From Vulcanimicrobiota bacterium (GTDB taxonomy: Bacteria; Vulcanimicrobiota; Xenobia; Xenobiales; JADMJV01): 64,000 bases of DNA. Below the pieces are notes generated by a model. The model did not search any database. It was not told the origin of the DNA and saw nothing but the letters and a program-made list of their open reading frames with translations. The translations under genes were made by a program, and so were the position numbers. Position 1 is the stretch's first letter; every line of letters begins with the position of its first letter. The stretch is from the NCBI GenBank assembly GCA_050250895.1, contig JBFWNU010000003.1, positions 256,001 to 320,000 on the forward strand, written 5' to 3'. This document shows positions 26,332 to 37,505 of this stretch, one piece after another.

Positions 26332-27760
26332 GCCCCCTCTGCGCAAGATTCTGTCTTTAAGCCACAGTCTGATGCTATTTTTGTGTTTGGTGATGGTCAG
26401 TTGCGGGGTCTATTTCATGGTCACCGCCTATCTGTTTCGGGCCGGCGAGTTTCGCTTGATTAGTTCGGTGGTGGAAGGACTTCATGAGCTATTCCCCGAG
26501 CATCGCAGCCACCGTCGCTTCTTCACTCCCGATCACAACAGTAGCCCGCGCGAAGAGAAGAAGCCCCGCCGCTTCGAACGCCCCACCACGCTCATCTATC
26601 CCGAGGGTCTTGAAGGACGAGGCCAGCAACTAGTGGATCGCATTTCCACTCCGGGCACCTGGGCCATGCTGTACTCTAGCCGGGGGGAGCTTTTGGCCAA
26701 GCACGTGAGCCGTCGCTTCGGCCCGCGCTTTGAAAAATTGCCCGACGAACCGGCCTTCGAGAGTTTCCTCGTCAGCGAGGGAGACCGCGAGTGGCAGGCG
26801 GTGTTGATTCCCCTAGAGAGCGATGCCGGTCGGGCTACCCTGGTCGTTGGCGCGGTCTGGAATCCGTCTCGCGACCTGTTGCGGGCCCTGGCCACCTACC
26901 AGGCCCTGGTGGGGGTCTTCATCCTGATCGTGGTGCTGATTTTTAGTCGCGTTCTGGCGGCTCGCCTGGCTCGGCCGGTGGAAGAACTCTCGAATTTCGC
27001 CAATCGGGTGGCGGCCGGCGACTTTACGGTCCGGGCCCCGGCTGGATGTGGTGACTCCGAGCTGGATCGATTGGCCCGTACCTTCAACAGCATGGTGCGT
27101 CGCCTCGACGAGTCTTTCTCGGCCCAGCAGCGGTTTGTGGCCGACGCCTCTCACGAGTTGAAAACGCCGCTGACCTCGATTCGCGGGATGGCCGAGATGT
27201 TGCGGCGAGGTGCCGCCGATGATCCCACCGATCGCGAATTGGCCCTGGCTACCATCGAGCGCGAGGTCGTCCGCATGAGTTTGTTGGTCAGCGACCTGTT
27301 GGCTCTGTCCAAGGCCGAGCACCTGCCCATGCAGGACGCTCAACCCGTCGACCTGGCGGCTCTGCTGCAAGAATTCGCCGGCGAGGCTCGGCTGGATTGC
27401 CCGGCCGGCCTGATGGCCCGGGCGCACCCCGAGCCGCTGCGGCGAGTGGTCCGCAATCTGGTGGACAACGCTCACAAGTATTCGCCTGAAGAGGGCAGTG
27501 TGAGCATTCAGGTCCGCAATGTGCCGGAGGGAGTCGAGATTCGGGTCGAGGACACCGGCATCGGTATCGAGCCTGACGATCTCGAGCGTGTCTTCGACCG
27601 TTTCTATCGAACTGACCCGGCCCGGGCCCGCGATACCGGCGGCACTGGCCTGGGGTTGTCGATCGTGGCCGCTCTGGTCGAGCGGATGGGCGGCCGGGTC
27701 TGGCTCGAGAGCGAGAGAGGTGTGGGCACTCGGGCCATGGTGGTTCTGCCAGGCCCCTAG
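26315..27760 (+). CDS. Sensor histidine kinase (2 TM, HAMP, HisKA, HATPase)
   Basis: ASHELKTP, NLVDNA, DTGIG and GTGLGL; RBS GAGGAG. Confidence 0.93.
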   Translation: MYSAGRPPLRKILSLSHSLMLFLCLVMVSCGVYFMVTAYLFRAGEFRLISSVVEGLHELFPEHRSHRRFFTPDHNSSPREEKKPRRFERPTTLIYPEGLEGRGQQLVDRISTPGTWAMLYSSRGELLAKHVSRRFGPRFEKLPDEPAFESFLVSEGDREWQAVLIPLESDAGRATLVVGAVWNPSRDLLRALATYQALVGVFILIVVLIFSRVLAARLARPVEELSNFANRVAAGDFTVRAPAGCGDSELDRLARTFNSMVRRLDESFSAQQRFVADASHELKTPLTSIRGMAEMLRRGAADDPTDRELALATIEREVVRMSLLVSDLLALSKAEHLPMQDAQPVDLAALLQEFAGEARLDCPAGLMARAHPEPLRRVVRNLVDNAHKYSPEEGSVSIQVRNVPEGVEIRVEDTGIGIEPDDLERVFDRFYRTDPARARDTGGTGLGLSIVAALVERMGGRVWLESERGVGTRAMVVLPGP

Positions 27761-27867
27761 GGTCCTATCCGTTGGGACCCCCCAGCCGGGGTCCCACGGA
27801 TGTCGGATGGTCGGTGGCGGGCCGTTACTCTAAGAGCAGCAATCTTTCTCTAAGGAGTTCATCCGCC

Positions 27868-28632
27868 ATGACGGAACAACATCACCACTACCACGAGCGT
27901 CCCACCCGAGCCGAGGTGGAACTCAAACCGACTCCTCCCCGCGGGGACTCGACCCCCTGGATTATCGGCCTCACCTTGTTCGCCCTGTTGATTTTCGGCG
28001 GGCTGATCTGGGCCACCAGCAGCGACCACGACCGAGACACCCATGTGGCGGTGACCTCGGAACAGCCGGTCGCTGACCAGGACCCCGAGACCTTCGTGCG
28101 CGAGTCGTCGCTGGTCATCACCGACCTTCGCTCGGACGTGGACACTCTGGCCCGCTCGACTTCGGCTGAGAATCAGGCCGCCATCGCGGCTTATCGCCAG
28201 CGTCTCGACCAGCTCGAAGCCGAGCTGCAACAGGCCCGTCAAGAATCGCCGGAAGCTCGCGCCGAGCTGCAGGCTCAGGTCGACAGCCTGAAAGCTGATT
28301 ATGGCCAGCTAGAAGAGAAGGTGGGCGAGTCTGAAGCCACCGCCCAGCAGGCCGAACAGACCAGTGAGCTGACCGCTTACGCCGAGCAAGCTGAAGAGCG
28401 CGTCGAAGACCTCGAGCGTCGCCTCGACGAACTAGAGGATCGCGCCCCGGCCGATAGCGTTGCCACCGAGCTTGAGCTGATGAGCCAGCGCATCGACGAG
28501 GTCTCTGACAAGGTGGACGAGATGCAGGCCGCCGACGATTCACAGGCGCGTCAGCAACTCAAGTCCGAGATCGACCTTGCTCTCAACAATCTTGAACGAG
28601 AGCTGACCGATTTGGCCACTCAGGTCGGCTAA
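27868..28632 (+). CDS. Single-TM coiled-coil hypothetical protein
   Basis: RBS AAGGAG, one TM helix, long acidic heptad region. Confidence 0.8.
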   Translation: MTEQHHHYHERPTRAEVELKPTPPRGDSTPWIIGLTLFALLIFGGLIWATSSDHDRDTHVAVTSEQPVADQDPETFVRESSLVITDLRSDVDTLARSTSAENQAAIAAYRQRLDQLEAELQQARQESPEARAELQAQVDSLKADYGQLEEKVGESEATAQQAEQTSELTAYAEQAEERVEDLERRLDELEDRAPADSVATELELMSQRIDEVSDKVDEMQAADDSQARQQLKSEIDLALNNLERELTDLATQVG

Positions 28633-28669
28633 CCGGCCGCTTGCAGCCAGACGAGATCATCGACTCCAG

Positions 28670-28695
28670 CACCCCCGCTCCGGCGGGGGTGTCTT
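28670..28695 (+). terminator. Terminator hairpin
   Basis: CACCCCCGC-TCCG-GCGGGGGTG followed by TCTT. Confidence 0.65.
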
Positions 28696-28807
28696 GCTTG
28701 GCGGGCCGGGCCGATCGGATAGGGGGACTGGATGCCGGGGCATCTATCTGGCCCTCACCACGCCGGGCTACCATCGTTTCATAACCTTTAAGAAAAGAGG
28801 GATCTTT

Positions 28808-30220
28808 ATGCTTGCCAAGCTGAAAAAGAACATCCGAAAAAATATGAAGCGGGCCGCCGTGGTCGGCACGGCTCTGGCCGTCACGGCCACTGCCGGCCTG
28901 GCTCAGTCTCGCATCGAGACCGAACTCAATGGGCGCACCCTCCACTTTGACCAGTCGCCCATCATGCAAGACGGCCGCGTGATGGTTCCCCTGCGCGGTA
29001 TCTTCGAAAGCCTGGGTGCCGATGTGCTCTATCAGCCGGCCCAGCGGACCATCAAAGCCACCGGCAACGGCAACACCGTCGAGTTGACGCTGGGCAGCCA
29101 ACGAGCCTCAATCAACGGCCGTTCGGTTTATCTCGACGTTCCCGCCGATACCATCTCGGGACGCACCATGGTGCCGTTGCGTTTCGTCTCGGAAGCCATG
29201 GGAGCCGACGTTCGCTGGCTGCCGGCCACTCGCACCGTGGCCATCGAGCAGTCCGAGGCTCCGGTCGCCAACGAGCCCCAGCCTCAACAGCCACCGGCTC
29301 AGGCCGACCTCGACATCGACAGCCTGATTCACAACGCCCGCGGGACCCTGCGCCAGGGTGACCGGCTGACCGTGACCATGACCGGTGATTCCGGCGGTCA
29401 GGCCAGCTTCGACATTCTGGGAGTGCTCAACAACGTGCCTATGCGCGAGGTCAGCTCGGGTCGCTATCAGGGTGAAGTGACCATCGGGCCCGGTATGGTG
29501 GTCGAGCGGGGAACACTGGTGGCCCACTTGACTCGCAACGGTCAGCAGGCCGTGATGGAGGCCGACCGGGCCGTCACCATCGCCTCGACCGGAACGCTCA
29601 ATCCACCCACCCAGGGCAACGTGACCATGACGCCGTCCTACGGCTCGACCATTAGCGTGGCTCGTCCGACCATCCGGGCTCAGTTCGATCGTCAGGTTCG
29701 CCCCGAGACGATCCAGATGACCGTTGATGGCCGGGACGTCACCAATCTGGCCTCCAAGACCTCGAACTGGATCAACTTCGTGCCCGGCTACGACCTGCAG
29801 GTAGGCAGCCATCAGGTCGAGGTTCAGGCTACCGACCAGTATGGTCAGTATGTCCATCAGCAGTGGAACTTCTACACCGACAACTACGCCTATAACAACA
29901 CCGGTGTGCCCTCCCTGTCGGTTTCGAACCTCTCCGACGGAACGACCGTGCCCGCCGTGTTCAACATTCAGGGGCAGACATCTCCCTATACCACCGTCAA
30001 GGTGCAGGCCACTTCTCAGCGTGACCTGGTGCCGGGTGTGATCGGCATTCGAGGACGGACCTTCACGGCCAGCACCGTGGCCGACGCTCAGGGTCGCTTC
30101 GACATTCAGCTCGACACCTCGAGCCTGCCCACCAATACCCAGCTTGACCTGACCATCTCGCCGGTTAACAACGCCGGCGTGACCGGTAATCCGGTCGAAC
30201 TGGAACTGACCCGTCGATAG
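28808..30220 (+). CDS. Secreted protein with copper-amine-oxidase N-terminal (stalk) domain and Ig-like domains
   Basis: Signal peptide; GRVMVPLRGIFESLGADV and GRTMVPLRFVSEAMGADV repeats. Confidence 0.88.
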   Translation: MLAKLKKNIRKNMKRAAVVGTALAVTATAGLAQSRIETELNGRTLHFDQSPIMQDGRVMVPLRGIFESLGADVLYQPAQRTIKATGNGNTVELTLGSQRASINGRSVYLDVPADTISGRTMVPLRFVSEAMGADVRWLPATRTVAIEQSEAPVANEPQPQQPPAQADLDIDSLIHNARGTLRQGDRLTVTMTGDSGGQASFDILGVLNNVPMREVSSGRYQGEVTIGPGMVVERGTLVAHLTRNGQQAVMEADRAVTIASTGTLNPPTQGNVTMTPSYGSTISVARPTIRAQFDRQVRPETIQMTVDGRDVTNLASKTSNWINFVPGYDLQVGSHQVEVQATDQYGQYVHQQWNFYTDNYAYNNTGVPSLSVSNLSDGTTVPAVFNIQGQTSPYTTVKVQATSQRDLVPGVIGIRGRTFTASTVADAQGRFDIQLDTSSLPTNTQLDLTISPVNNAGVTGNPVELELTRR

Positions 30221-30230
30221 TTGTCCTCAC

Positions 30231-30266
30231 GGTAGGATGCGGCCTCTCGAGAGGCCGCGTCCTACC
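30231..30266 (+). terminator. Strong hairpin after the stalk-domain gene
   Basis: GGTAGGATGCGGCCTC-TCGA-GAGGCCGCGTCCTACC. Confidence 0.6.
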
Positions 30267-30290
30267 CATTCTTTGTGACCGGAGCAAGTC

Positions 30291-31187
30291 ATGAACAAGT
30301 CGACTCTGAACCTTTGGCCCTTTGGACTCATCGCTTGCCTCGCGCTGGGTTTTCTCGACCGAGCCGGGGCGCTCAATCTGACCGAGGCTCAGACCTGTCT
30401 GACCATCGGCCTCATCGCGGTCTTGCCGCTGTGCGGGGACTTCTTCTTGGGTGAACGCGGACAGTCGGCCGGCCGGGCCATCACCCTCGTGATGGCGGCC
30501 GCGCTCCTGGACGTGCTCACCGGTTGGCGCTGGCCCCTGTGGCTGCTGATGGCGGCCCTGTTAATGACCGCCTGGCTGGTAGCCTCGCCCCAGCAAACAG
30601 AGTTGTCCAATCGGCTGGCCGGCCTGCATCTGGCCGTGGTGGCCACCATGCTGCCGCTGCGCGAAGACCCTGTCTGGCTCAGCCAGAGCCTGCTCCACTT
30701 GCTGTTTGGCGTCGGCCTGATGAGCACCGTGGGTTACTGGCGCCAGAGCGTTGTCAGCACTCGCCTGCGCGATTGGACCCTCAGCGGAATGGCCGTTCTC
30801 TCTCTCGGCTTGTGGCTGACCACAGCGGGTGAACTGGCAAGGCAACCGCAGCTCTCAGTGCTAGGCAGCTACGTGGTCGGAATCTATCTCATCTGCTCGC
30901 CTGTGGTCGGATGGGCCATCTCGCGCCAGTCGTCGGGCGTCCTGGCCTTGCCGTTGCTGGCCGCAGCCACGCTCTCCTCGGCCTTTTTCGGAGTGCTCAT
31001 CGTGTTGGCTCTGATGCATCACGATGCGCCCGTGCTGCAGTGCCTCGAAGCGTGGCTACCCTTCTTTGTGCCCGGTCTGCTGGCCGGCTTGAGCAGCGAG
31101 TTCGAGCGCAATCCTCTGGTCTTCGACGACGATTTCGGCGGCTCAGGAGTCAGCTTTCAAGAGGGTCTGCACCCGGTCGGCCAGTAG
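30291..31187 (+). CDS. Polytopic membrane hypothetical protein
   Basis: About nine hydrophobic segments; RBS GGAG. Confidence 0.7.
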   Translation: MNKSTLNLWPFGLIACLALGFLDRAGALNLTEAQTCLTIGLIAVLPLCGDFFLGERGQSAGRAITLVMAAALLDVLTGWRWPLWLLMAALLMTAWLVASPQQTELSNRLAGLHLAVVATMLPLREDPVWLSQSLLHLLFGVGLMSTVGYWRQSVVSTRLRDWTLSGMAVLSLGLWLTTAGELARQPQLSVLGSYVVGIYLICSPVVGWAISRQSSGVLALPLLAAATLSSAFFGVLIVLALMHHDAPVLQCLEAWLPFFVPGLLAGLSSEFERNPLVFDDDFGGSGVSFQEGLHPVGQ

Positions 31188-32123
31188 CCTGATCGGCAAG
31201 GCTTCGTGGGCCGCTCCAAGCGCCAGGGCGGCCGAGGGCATCCCGGTCACGGCCGCCGTGGTGGGGTCCTCCACCAGGGCCAGCCCCCCCGCCTGACGCA
31301 ACTCCAGCAGGCCCAGAGCTCCGTCCGAGCCCATCCCGGAGAGGATGACTCCGATAGTGTGACTGGCCGGACCCCGGGCCAACGAGCGAAAGAGAGCGCT
31401 GATCGACGGGCAGTGTCCATCTACCGAGGCTCCGGTCTCGACCTTGAGGCCGTCCTTGCTCCAGCGCAGATGATAGCCCCGTTCTACCAGGTAGACCACC
31501 CCCTCTCTGGGTGTTTCGAGATGTTCGGTCAGGCGACAGTCCCAACCGCTCGCTCGGGATAGCCAGCGGGCGAAGCTTTCGACCGCTCCGGTCGGCAGGT
31601 GTTGCACCAGCATCACCGATAGACCGCAGTCCGGTCCTAGCTTGCTCAGCAAGTGCTCGACCGATTGAGGTCCCCCCGAGGACGAACCGATGGCCAGGTT
31701 GCGAAAGGAACGTAATTGCAGCCGTCGGGGCGGAAATTGGCGAATCACTTTCACCTGATTCATGAGCAATACCATCCGCCGCAATTCCGTCAGCGAAGCT
31801 TCTCCGTCTTCCCCTTTGGCCACGGTGGCGACCGCGCCTCCGGCCTCGGCTTCGGACTGCCAGCGCTCGGGACTCGCTGAGTAGAGAATCACCGGGACCG
31901 GATGGACCTGGAGGATGCGGGCCAGAGTTTCGGGACCGCTCAGTCCCGGCAGCCCTCCGTCGAGGACGATCACGTCGGGTCGGGTCAAAACCAGCATCTC
32001 CAGAGCCTGCTCCCCGCTGCCGGCGATACCCACCACCCGCAAACGAGGGTCCCGCTCGAGCCCGGCGCAAATGACGCCCCGCTGCACTGGACTGTCCTCG
32101 ACCACCAGGATGTTGATGGTCAT
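31143..32123 (-). CDS. cheB: Chemotaxis methylesterase CheB (WspF-like)
   Basis: Receiver domain plus GSSSGGP, QH and GMGSDG catalytic triad. Confidence 0.92.
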   Translation of the reverse strand: MTINILVVEDSPVQRGVICAGLERDPRLRVVGIAGSGEQALEMLVLTRPDVIVLDGGLPGLSGPETLARILQVHPVPVILYSASPERWQSEAEAGGAVATVAKGEDGEASLTELRRMVLLMNQVKVIRQFPPRRLQLRSFRNLAIGSSSGGPQSVEHLLSKLGPDCGLSVMLVQHLPTGAVESFARWLSRASGWDCRLTEHLETPREGVVYLVERGYHLRWSKDGLKVETGASVDGHCPSISALFRSLARGPASHTIGVILSGMGSDGALGLLELRQAGGLALVEDPTTAAVTGMPSAALALGAAHEALPIRLLADRVQTLLKADS

Positions 32124-33949
32124 AACAGCTCGGCCACCAGATCCAACATCTTCTTCTCTTCAAAGGCCTGTTTGGCCACGCAGCGGTCAGCCCCGATGGT
32201 GAGCGCCTTGCGGAACGAGGCCGGGTCATCTTTCGAGGTGAGCAGGATGAACGGCAAGCTGCTCAGAGGGGGAGCCAGCGCTCGCAAGCGCTCGAGCAGT
32301 CCGAGCCCATCCAAAACCGGCATCTGCAAGTCAGAGACGATCAGGTCCACCGACTCTTGCTCGAGCAACTCAAGTGCTTCTTGACCGTTGGCCGCCGACA
32401 AGGTATGGTAGCCAGCTCGTCCCATCACCCCGAGGACGACCGAGCGCGTGGTCACCGAGTCGTCGACCACCAGAATGGTCGAGGAACGACCTGCCTCGGC
32501 CGGCGGGGGGGAGGCTCCCACCCGAGTGCCGAGCTTGGCCAGGTCCAGCAGAAAGAGGGGCGCTCCGCCTCGGTGGGCCACCCCGCTTACGGCTGCCGGC
32601 AAGCCCTCGATCTCGGGAATGGGGCTGATCACCAGCTGCCGATAACGACCGCACTCGGCCACCGAAGCCGTGGCCTGATGTTGAGGCTCGCGAATGTGGA
32701 GCAGGTTGGTCTCGTTGCCAGCGACCTCTTCGTAACCCAGCAAGAAGCTGAGGCTGGGAGCCTGTTGCTCGCGATGATAGCTGACATGAGAAAGGCTGCG
32801 GGCCAGCACGGCAAATTCCCGGCCGCCGCTGGTCACCAGTAATACTTCTTCATACTCCCAGGGAGCCGGTACCCTCAATTCAAAGCGCAGGCCCGCCTCG
32901 AGCACTCGACAGACGATGTCGCCACCGAGCCGGCGCACGGCCTGACGCACCGCCGCCAACCCCAACCCCCGACCGGCGTCAAGGTCGCTGGCCAGTCGTG
33001 TGGTTACCCCCACCTCGAAGAGCCAACTGGCCATCTCGTCGGGGCTCAGGGACTCCCACTGGTCGGTGGACAGGTGGCCCAGCGCCACCACCCGTTCGCC
33101 CAGGCGGTCACGGGCCAGCCCGGCCCCATCGTCCTGCACCCAGACTTCCAGGCCCGATTGGCGGCGACGCACCCCGACCTCGATGCGGCCCGACGGCTCC
33201 TTGCCGGCCTGTTCGCGCTGCCGGGGCGGCTCCACGCCATGCACGATCGCGTTACTGACCAGGTGAAGCAGGACGGGGCGCAACTCGAGCATATGCTCGC
33301 GCAACACGAAGGTCGAGGGCACGTCGACGGCCAGGTCGACCTGTTTATGCTGCACTCCGGCGAGTTTATGGACCATCTCGGGCAGGCCGGCCAACAGTTC
33401 CTGGGCCTGGCGCAGGGTCAGCTGAAACGCCAGCTCTCCCAGTTCGTTTGTTTCGCGGGCCAAGCGCTGTTGAAAGTCCTGCCACAGCCGGCCTTCCATC
33501 AGGCCGGTCTCGGCCGCCAGCAGCCGCTCGCAACGAGTTTGCAGATCCTGCAGGTTGGTGGCCGACAGCAGTAGGGTCTGGGCCAGTTCCGGGGCCAACC
33601 GTCCGGAGCTAGCCACTGTTTCCTCCAGGCTCGTCGTTTGTTTGGGAGTGGGAGCGCGCTCCCCTTCGAGTTCATGGAGCTGGGCGCGCAGAGCTGTCAA
33701 GCGCGAGCGCTGGTGGGAAGGTTCCAGTCCGGGCAGAGCCAGCAACTCTTCCTCGAGTTGATGAATGTGCCTGGCCATCGCGTCTAACCCCAGTAGCCTG
33801 GCACTTCCCTTGAGCGTGTGCAGGTGCAGCGGAGCATCCCCCAGCGAGCGGCTGGTGGGAAACTGCTCGAGCACGCGAGCCACGGCTGCCAACACCTGCT
33901 GGCGCTCGCCGTCGAAGCTCTGTTGGAGACGCTCGAGGCGGTCGCTCAC
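32120..33949 (-). CDS. cheA: Hybrid CheA-receiver kinase (WspE-like)
   Basis: HTLKGSAR Hpt, HLVSNAIVHG, DDGAG, GRGLGL and a C-terminal REC. Confidence 0.9.
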   Translation of the reverse strand: MSDRLERLQQSFDGERQQVLAAVARVLEQFPTSRSLGDAPLHLHTLKGSARLLGLDAMARHIHQLEEELLALPGLEPSHQRSRLTALRAQLHELEGERAPTPKQTTSLEETVASSGRLAPELAQTLLLSATNLQDLQTRCERLLAAETGLMEGRLWQDFQQRLARETNELGELAFQLTLRQAQELLAGLPEMVHKLAGVQHKQVDLAVDVPSTFVLREHMLELRPVLLHLVSNAIVHGVEPPRQREQAGKEPSGRIEVGVRRRQSGLEVWVQDDGAGLARDRLGERVVALGHLSTDQWESLSPDEMASWLFEVGVTTRLASDLDAGRGLGLAAVRQAVRRLGGDIVCRVLEAGLRFELRVPAPWEYEEVLLVTSGGREFAVLARSLSHVSYHREQQAPSLSFLLGYEEVAGNETNLLHIREPQHQATASVAECGRYRQLVISPIPEIEGLPAAVSGVAHRGGAPLFLLDLAKLGTRVGASPPPAEAGRSSTILVVDDSVTTRSVVLGVMGRAGYHTLSAANGQEALELLEQESVDLIVSDLQMPVLDGLGLLERLRALAPPLSSLPFILLTSKDDPASFRKALTIGADRCVAKQAFEEKKMLDLVAELL

Positions 33950-34359
33950 AACAGTCCCTCCCAGTCGGCCAGGCGAGGCTGCCCACTATCCCCGAGCAGG
34001 TTCGGATCGAGCACTTCCAACCAGCTATCGGCCGAGACTTCGAGGGCCAGCGGGCGTTCCCTGAGCACCAGGTAGACGGCCGCCTGCGGCCTGGCCACGC
34101 CCACTAGATGCGACCAGGCGATGACGGGCAAGGGTCGCCGGTCAAACAGCAGGATGCCCACGCAAACGTGTCGGCCGAGGCGAGCACCCGTGGGGGTCGC
34201 CAGCAAAGGCCCGGCCAGAATGCGAGCGAACCCTGTTTCGGGAAAGGCCCAGGTTATGTCTTTCCAGCGGCTGAGCACATAGCGACGCTGTACGAGTTCG
34301 GACGACCGGTCGCGATTGGCCAACTGCTCGGCCCGTTGTTGTAACAACCGGCTATCCAT
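33946..34359 (-). CDS. Divergent CheW-like protein (WspD position)
   Basis: Position in the operon, L..RA..LA start and G....LPVI motif. Confidence 0.65.
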   Translation of the reverse strand: MDSRLLQQRAEQLANRDRSSELVQRRYVLSRWKDITWAFPETGFARILAGPLLATPTGARLGRHVCVGILLFDRRPLPVIAWSHLVGVARPQAAVYLVLRERPLALEVSADSWLEVLDPNLLGDSGQPRLADWEGLL

Positions 34360-35395
34360 GGGCCTCGTCCAAACGTTTTAGGGCCAGGGCGGCGGCGCCC
34401 CGTAGCTGCTGCCACGTCGAGTTCTGAGCCTGCAGGATTTGGTTGGTGTGTTGGTCGGGGGTCACATCCTCGGTGAGCAGGCGGTTCAGGCGCGTCCGCG
34501 CCTCGTCGGGCCGGCCCATCTCGAGCAACAACCGGCCGTGCAGAAAATGGCCCACCAGCATTCCTGGCTCGCCGCGCAGATAGTCCGACAGGAGTTGCTC
34601 GGCCAGTTCTAGCTCACCGCTCGAGTGGGCGGCCACGGCTGCATCAAAGCTATCACGACCGGGGCGAGCGGGGGGAAGCGGGGTAGGCAAAGTAAAGCTA
34701 GATTGCTTGCGATAGATGGCCAGGTCCGGCAGGGGAACCAGGTCCGGGTGGGCCAGCAGGGTGGCTTCAGGATAGCCCAGGACGAGATAGCCGCCCATTT
34801 CCAGGGCGTCGACCAGCAGGTTGATCACACGCCGGGCCGCGCTGGGCTCGAAGTAGATCAGTACGTTGCGACAGAGGATGATGTCAAACTCTGGACGCGG
34901 CTTGGGCGCCAACAGGTTTTCGACTTCGAAGTTGACCAACGAGCGAAGTTGGGGTTGCACTCGGGCTAGCTTGGGGTCGGCCTCGAGATAGCGCTCGGCC
35001 AGCTCAGCCGGAAGCCCGCGCAAAGCCGAGAGAGGGTAAACCCCGGCCCTGGCCGTCTCGATATTGCGCTCGACCAGGTCAGTGCCGAGGACCAGACCGT
35101 CGCGGCCCGCCTCGCGCAGGGCGATAGCCAGGCTGTAGGTTTCGGCTCCGGTCGAGCAGCCGGCCGACCAGACATGCGTCCCGATCCGGTCGCAAGCCCA
35201 GGCCCTGGTCAGAAATTCGAATTGTTGGGGGTGACGCCAGAAATGCGAGTGGGCGTTGAGCACGGTGCCGAGAGCCGAGCGCCAGCGCTCGGGACCCAGT
35301 CCCATCTTCTCGAGGTTTTGGTGCAGGTCCGACAGTTGCGAGGCGCTTAGACGCACCCCCGTGGCCCGGCTGATGACTTCGGCCAGGTCGTTCAT
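34352..35395 (-). CDS. cheR: CheR methyltransferase with C-terminal TPR (WspC-like)
   Basis: WSAGCSTGAE, GTDL and IILCRNVLIYF; TPR tail. Confidence 0.9.
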   Translation of the reverse strand: MNDLAEVISRATGVRLSASQLSDLHQNLEKMGLGPERWRSALGTVLNAHSHFWRHPQQFEFLTRAWACDRIGTHVWSAGCSTGAETYSLAIALREAGRDGLVLGTDLVERNIETARAGVYPLSALRGLPAELAERYLEADPKLARVQPQLRSLVNFEVENLLAPKPRPEFDIILCRNVLIYFEPSAARRVINLLVDALEMGGYLVLGYPEATLLAHPDLVPLPDLAIYRKQSSFTLPTPLPPARPGRDSFDAAVAAHSSGELELAEQLLSDYLRGEPGMLVGHFLHGRLLLEMGRPDEARTRLNRLLTEDVTPDQHTNQILQAQNSTWQQLRGAAALALKRLDEAHG

Positions 35396-35889
35396 GAAGG
35401 TTCGTCCTCGGCCAATAGCTCTTCGGCGACCCGTTCGCGCTGCTCGAGCTGATCCCGGCTTCGGGTGAGCAGCAACCGCTCTTTCTCGAGCAGCAGACGA
35501 GGCGTACTCAAGAGAAGGGCCGGCTCTTCACCGTGGCTTACGGTGGCCGCTTGAGCTCCCCCCTCGCCCCCCACGTTTTCCATGGGTAAGAGCGCCTCCC
35601 AGGTGACCGCGTCCACACACTCGACCCGCTCCAGGCGCAGACACGACTGGGGTTGACTCGAAAGCAGCAGCAGAGGATCGTTGAGTGACGGGGCCGGGGT
35701 CTCTAGACCGAGCAGGCTAGCCAGAGGCACTACCGGAACCCAGTTGCGACCGAGGCGAAACCACCCTTCGACCAGCGGCTTCGAGAGCTTGGTGGCGGTG
35801 AGGGTGGGCCTGAGCAACACCTCCTCGATCTCGGAGGCATAGAAGGCTACCCGCTGGCCGCCGCTGCGTCCGAACAGCAGGGGGATCAT
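35392..35889 (-). CDS. cheW: CheW-like protein (WspB position)
   Basis: IEEVL..P, GWFRLGRNWVPVV.L..LLG and LLLEKE. Confidence 0.75.
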   Translation of the reverse strand: MIPLLFGRSGGQRVAFYASEIEEVLLRPTLTATKLSKPLVEGWFRLGRNWVPVVPLASLLGLETPAPSLNDPLLLLSSQPQSCLRLERVECVDAVTWEALLPMENVGGEGGAQAATVSHGEEPALLLSTPRLLLEKERLLLTRSRDQLEQRERVAEELLAEDEPS

Positions 35890-37505
35890 CGACCCGCCTT
35901 ACGAGCCCAGGAGAGGGGTGCCCGCTCCAGGTCACCGCTGAGCTGGGTGAGCGACTCGGCCTCCTTCTCCAGGCGTCGACTACCCAACGACACCTGTTCA
36001 GAACTCTCGCGAATGTTGAGTAGAGCTTCTTCCACCTGGCGCAAGGCCAGGCTCTGTTGGCGGGTGGCCGCCACGATCTGTTGAAAAGCGTCGTCTCCGC
36101 GTTGGAGCACCTCGACCAGAGCTCGGATCGACTCGTCGGCGCGCGAGGCGTGGCGTTCGCCGGCCTCGACTCGCTTGACCGCTTCTTCGCTCAGCATCAC
36201 CACCCGGTGAATCTCGCCCCGGATCTCGTGGAGGATCTGATGGGCTTCGACGGTGGCCTCCTTCGAGCGGACCGCCAGACGTTGCATTTCGTTGGCCAGT
36301 ACTCCGAAGGGTTTGCCCTGGTCACCGGCGCTGGCCGCCAGCAAGGCAGCGTTGATCGAGAGGATGTTCGAGCGTTCGGCCAGTTCGTTGACCGAGAAGA
36401 CAATCTGCTCGACCTTCTCGGCCCGCTCGTTGAGGGCCACCGTAGTTTCGGCCATGGTTTCCACTCCCCGACGCACGGCCTGAGCAGCGTCGCTACTCTC
36501 TTGCACGGCCCGCAAGCCCCGGTTGCCCGAGGCCCGGATCTCGCGGGATTCGCCCCCGACCTCCGAGGCTTGTTGGGCGACCTGGGCGGCCGAGTGCGAC
36601 AACTCCTGAAGGGTGGTCGACATCTCTTGCACCCCGGCCGCTTGCTGAGTCACCGCGGCCGCCTGCTCGACGGCACTCTGGGACAGGGCCAGCGAGGTCT
36701 GGTGGACCTTCTTTTGGGCGTCCTCCGTCTGGGCGGCGGCTTCGATCAGGCCGTCAAGCATGCGGTTGAGCGAAGCGGTGAGGGCGCCCACTTCATCAAA
36801 AGCCTGGACCTCGAGCTTCTGCTCGGGAAAGCCGCCCTGGGCCACCAGGCCGGCCATTTCGACACAATCGGTCAGAGGCTCGAGCCGGCGCTTCACCTGC
36901 GAAAGCCAGACCAGGGCCAGAATGAACAAGCCCACTAAACCCGCCGCCAGAACGACTTCTAACAGACGAGTAGCCTGTTGAAAGTTCTTGCGGTGCTGCT
37001 CGACCAGCCCGTCTTCACTGGCGTCGCCCTGCTCGAGCAGGCTGTCGAGCTGAACCATCAGACTGTGACCCACGCCCTGCAACACTACAGCCTTCGCCTG
37101 CTCGGGTTGACCACTTTCATAGAGGCGCACGGAGTCGGCAAGTTCGCGTAGCTTGAGTTCGGACAGGCGGCGAATCTCGATTAGTCGCGACTTCTGGTCG
37201 CGGTCTACGACCAGTTGCTCACCTTCGCGAAAGAGTTCGTCGAGCTTTTGCCGCTCCTGGTCAAGATCGAGCCAGTAAGCGGTCTGGCCGGTGTAAAGAT
37301 AGCCCCGTTGGGCGCTCTCGATCGTGAGCAGCTCAGACTTGATCTTGCGAAAGACACCTCGGATCTGGGCCGAACGCATGGATTGCGCCAGCGCCTCGTT
37401 GGAGGCCATGATGGTCCACCCACAGGCAAGCGCCAGCAAGACCAGCACGGCCGAGAAATAGCCCAGTGTTTGCTTGGCGGAATCGTAGAGTGAGAGTGTC
37501 TTCAT
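35886..37505 (-). CDS. Methyl-accepting chemotaxis protein with CHASE3 sensor (WspA-like)
   Basis: [11 protein letters not shown] (CHASE3), HAMP, and the [23 protein letters not shown] signalling tip. Confidence 0.9.
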   Translation of the reverse strand: MKTLSLYDSAKQTLGYFSAVLVLLALACGWTIMASNEALAQSMRSAQIRGVFRKIKSELLTIESAQRGYLYTGQTAYWLDLDQERQKLDELFREGEQLVVDRDQKSRLIEIRRLSELKLRELADSVRLYESGQPEQAKAVVLQGVGHSLMVQLDSLLEQGDASEDGLVEQHRKNFQQATRLLEVVLAAGLVGLFILALVWLSQVKRRLEPLTDCVEMAGLVAQGGFPEQKLEVQAFDEVGALTASLNRMLDGLIEAAAQTEDAQKKVHQTSLALSQSAVEQAAAVTQQAAGVQEMSTTLQELSHSAAQVAQQASEVGGESREIRASGNRGLRAVQESSDAAQAVRRGVETMAETTVALNERAEKVEQIVFSVNELAERSNILSINAALLAASAGDQGKPFGVLANEMQRLAVRSKEATVEAHQILHEIRGEIHRVVMLSEEAVKRVEAGERHASRADESIRALVEVLQRGDDAFQQIVAATRQQSLALRQVEEALLNIRESSEQVSLGSRRLEKEAESLTQLSGDLERAPLSWARKAGR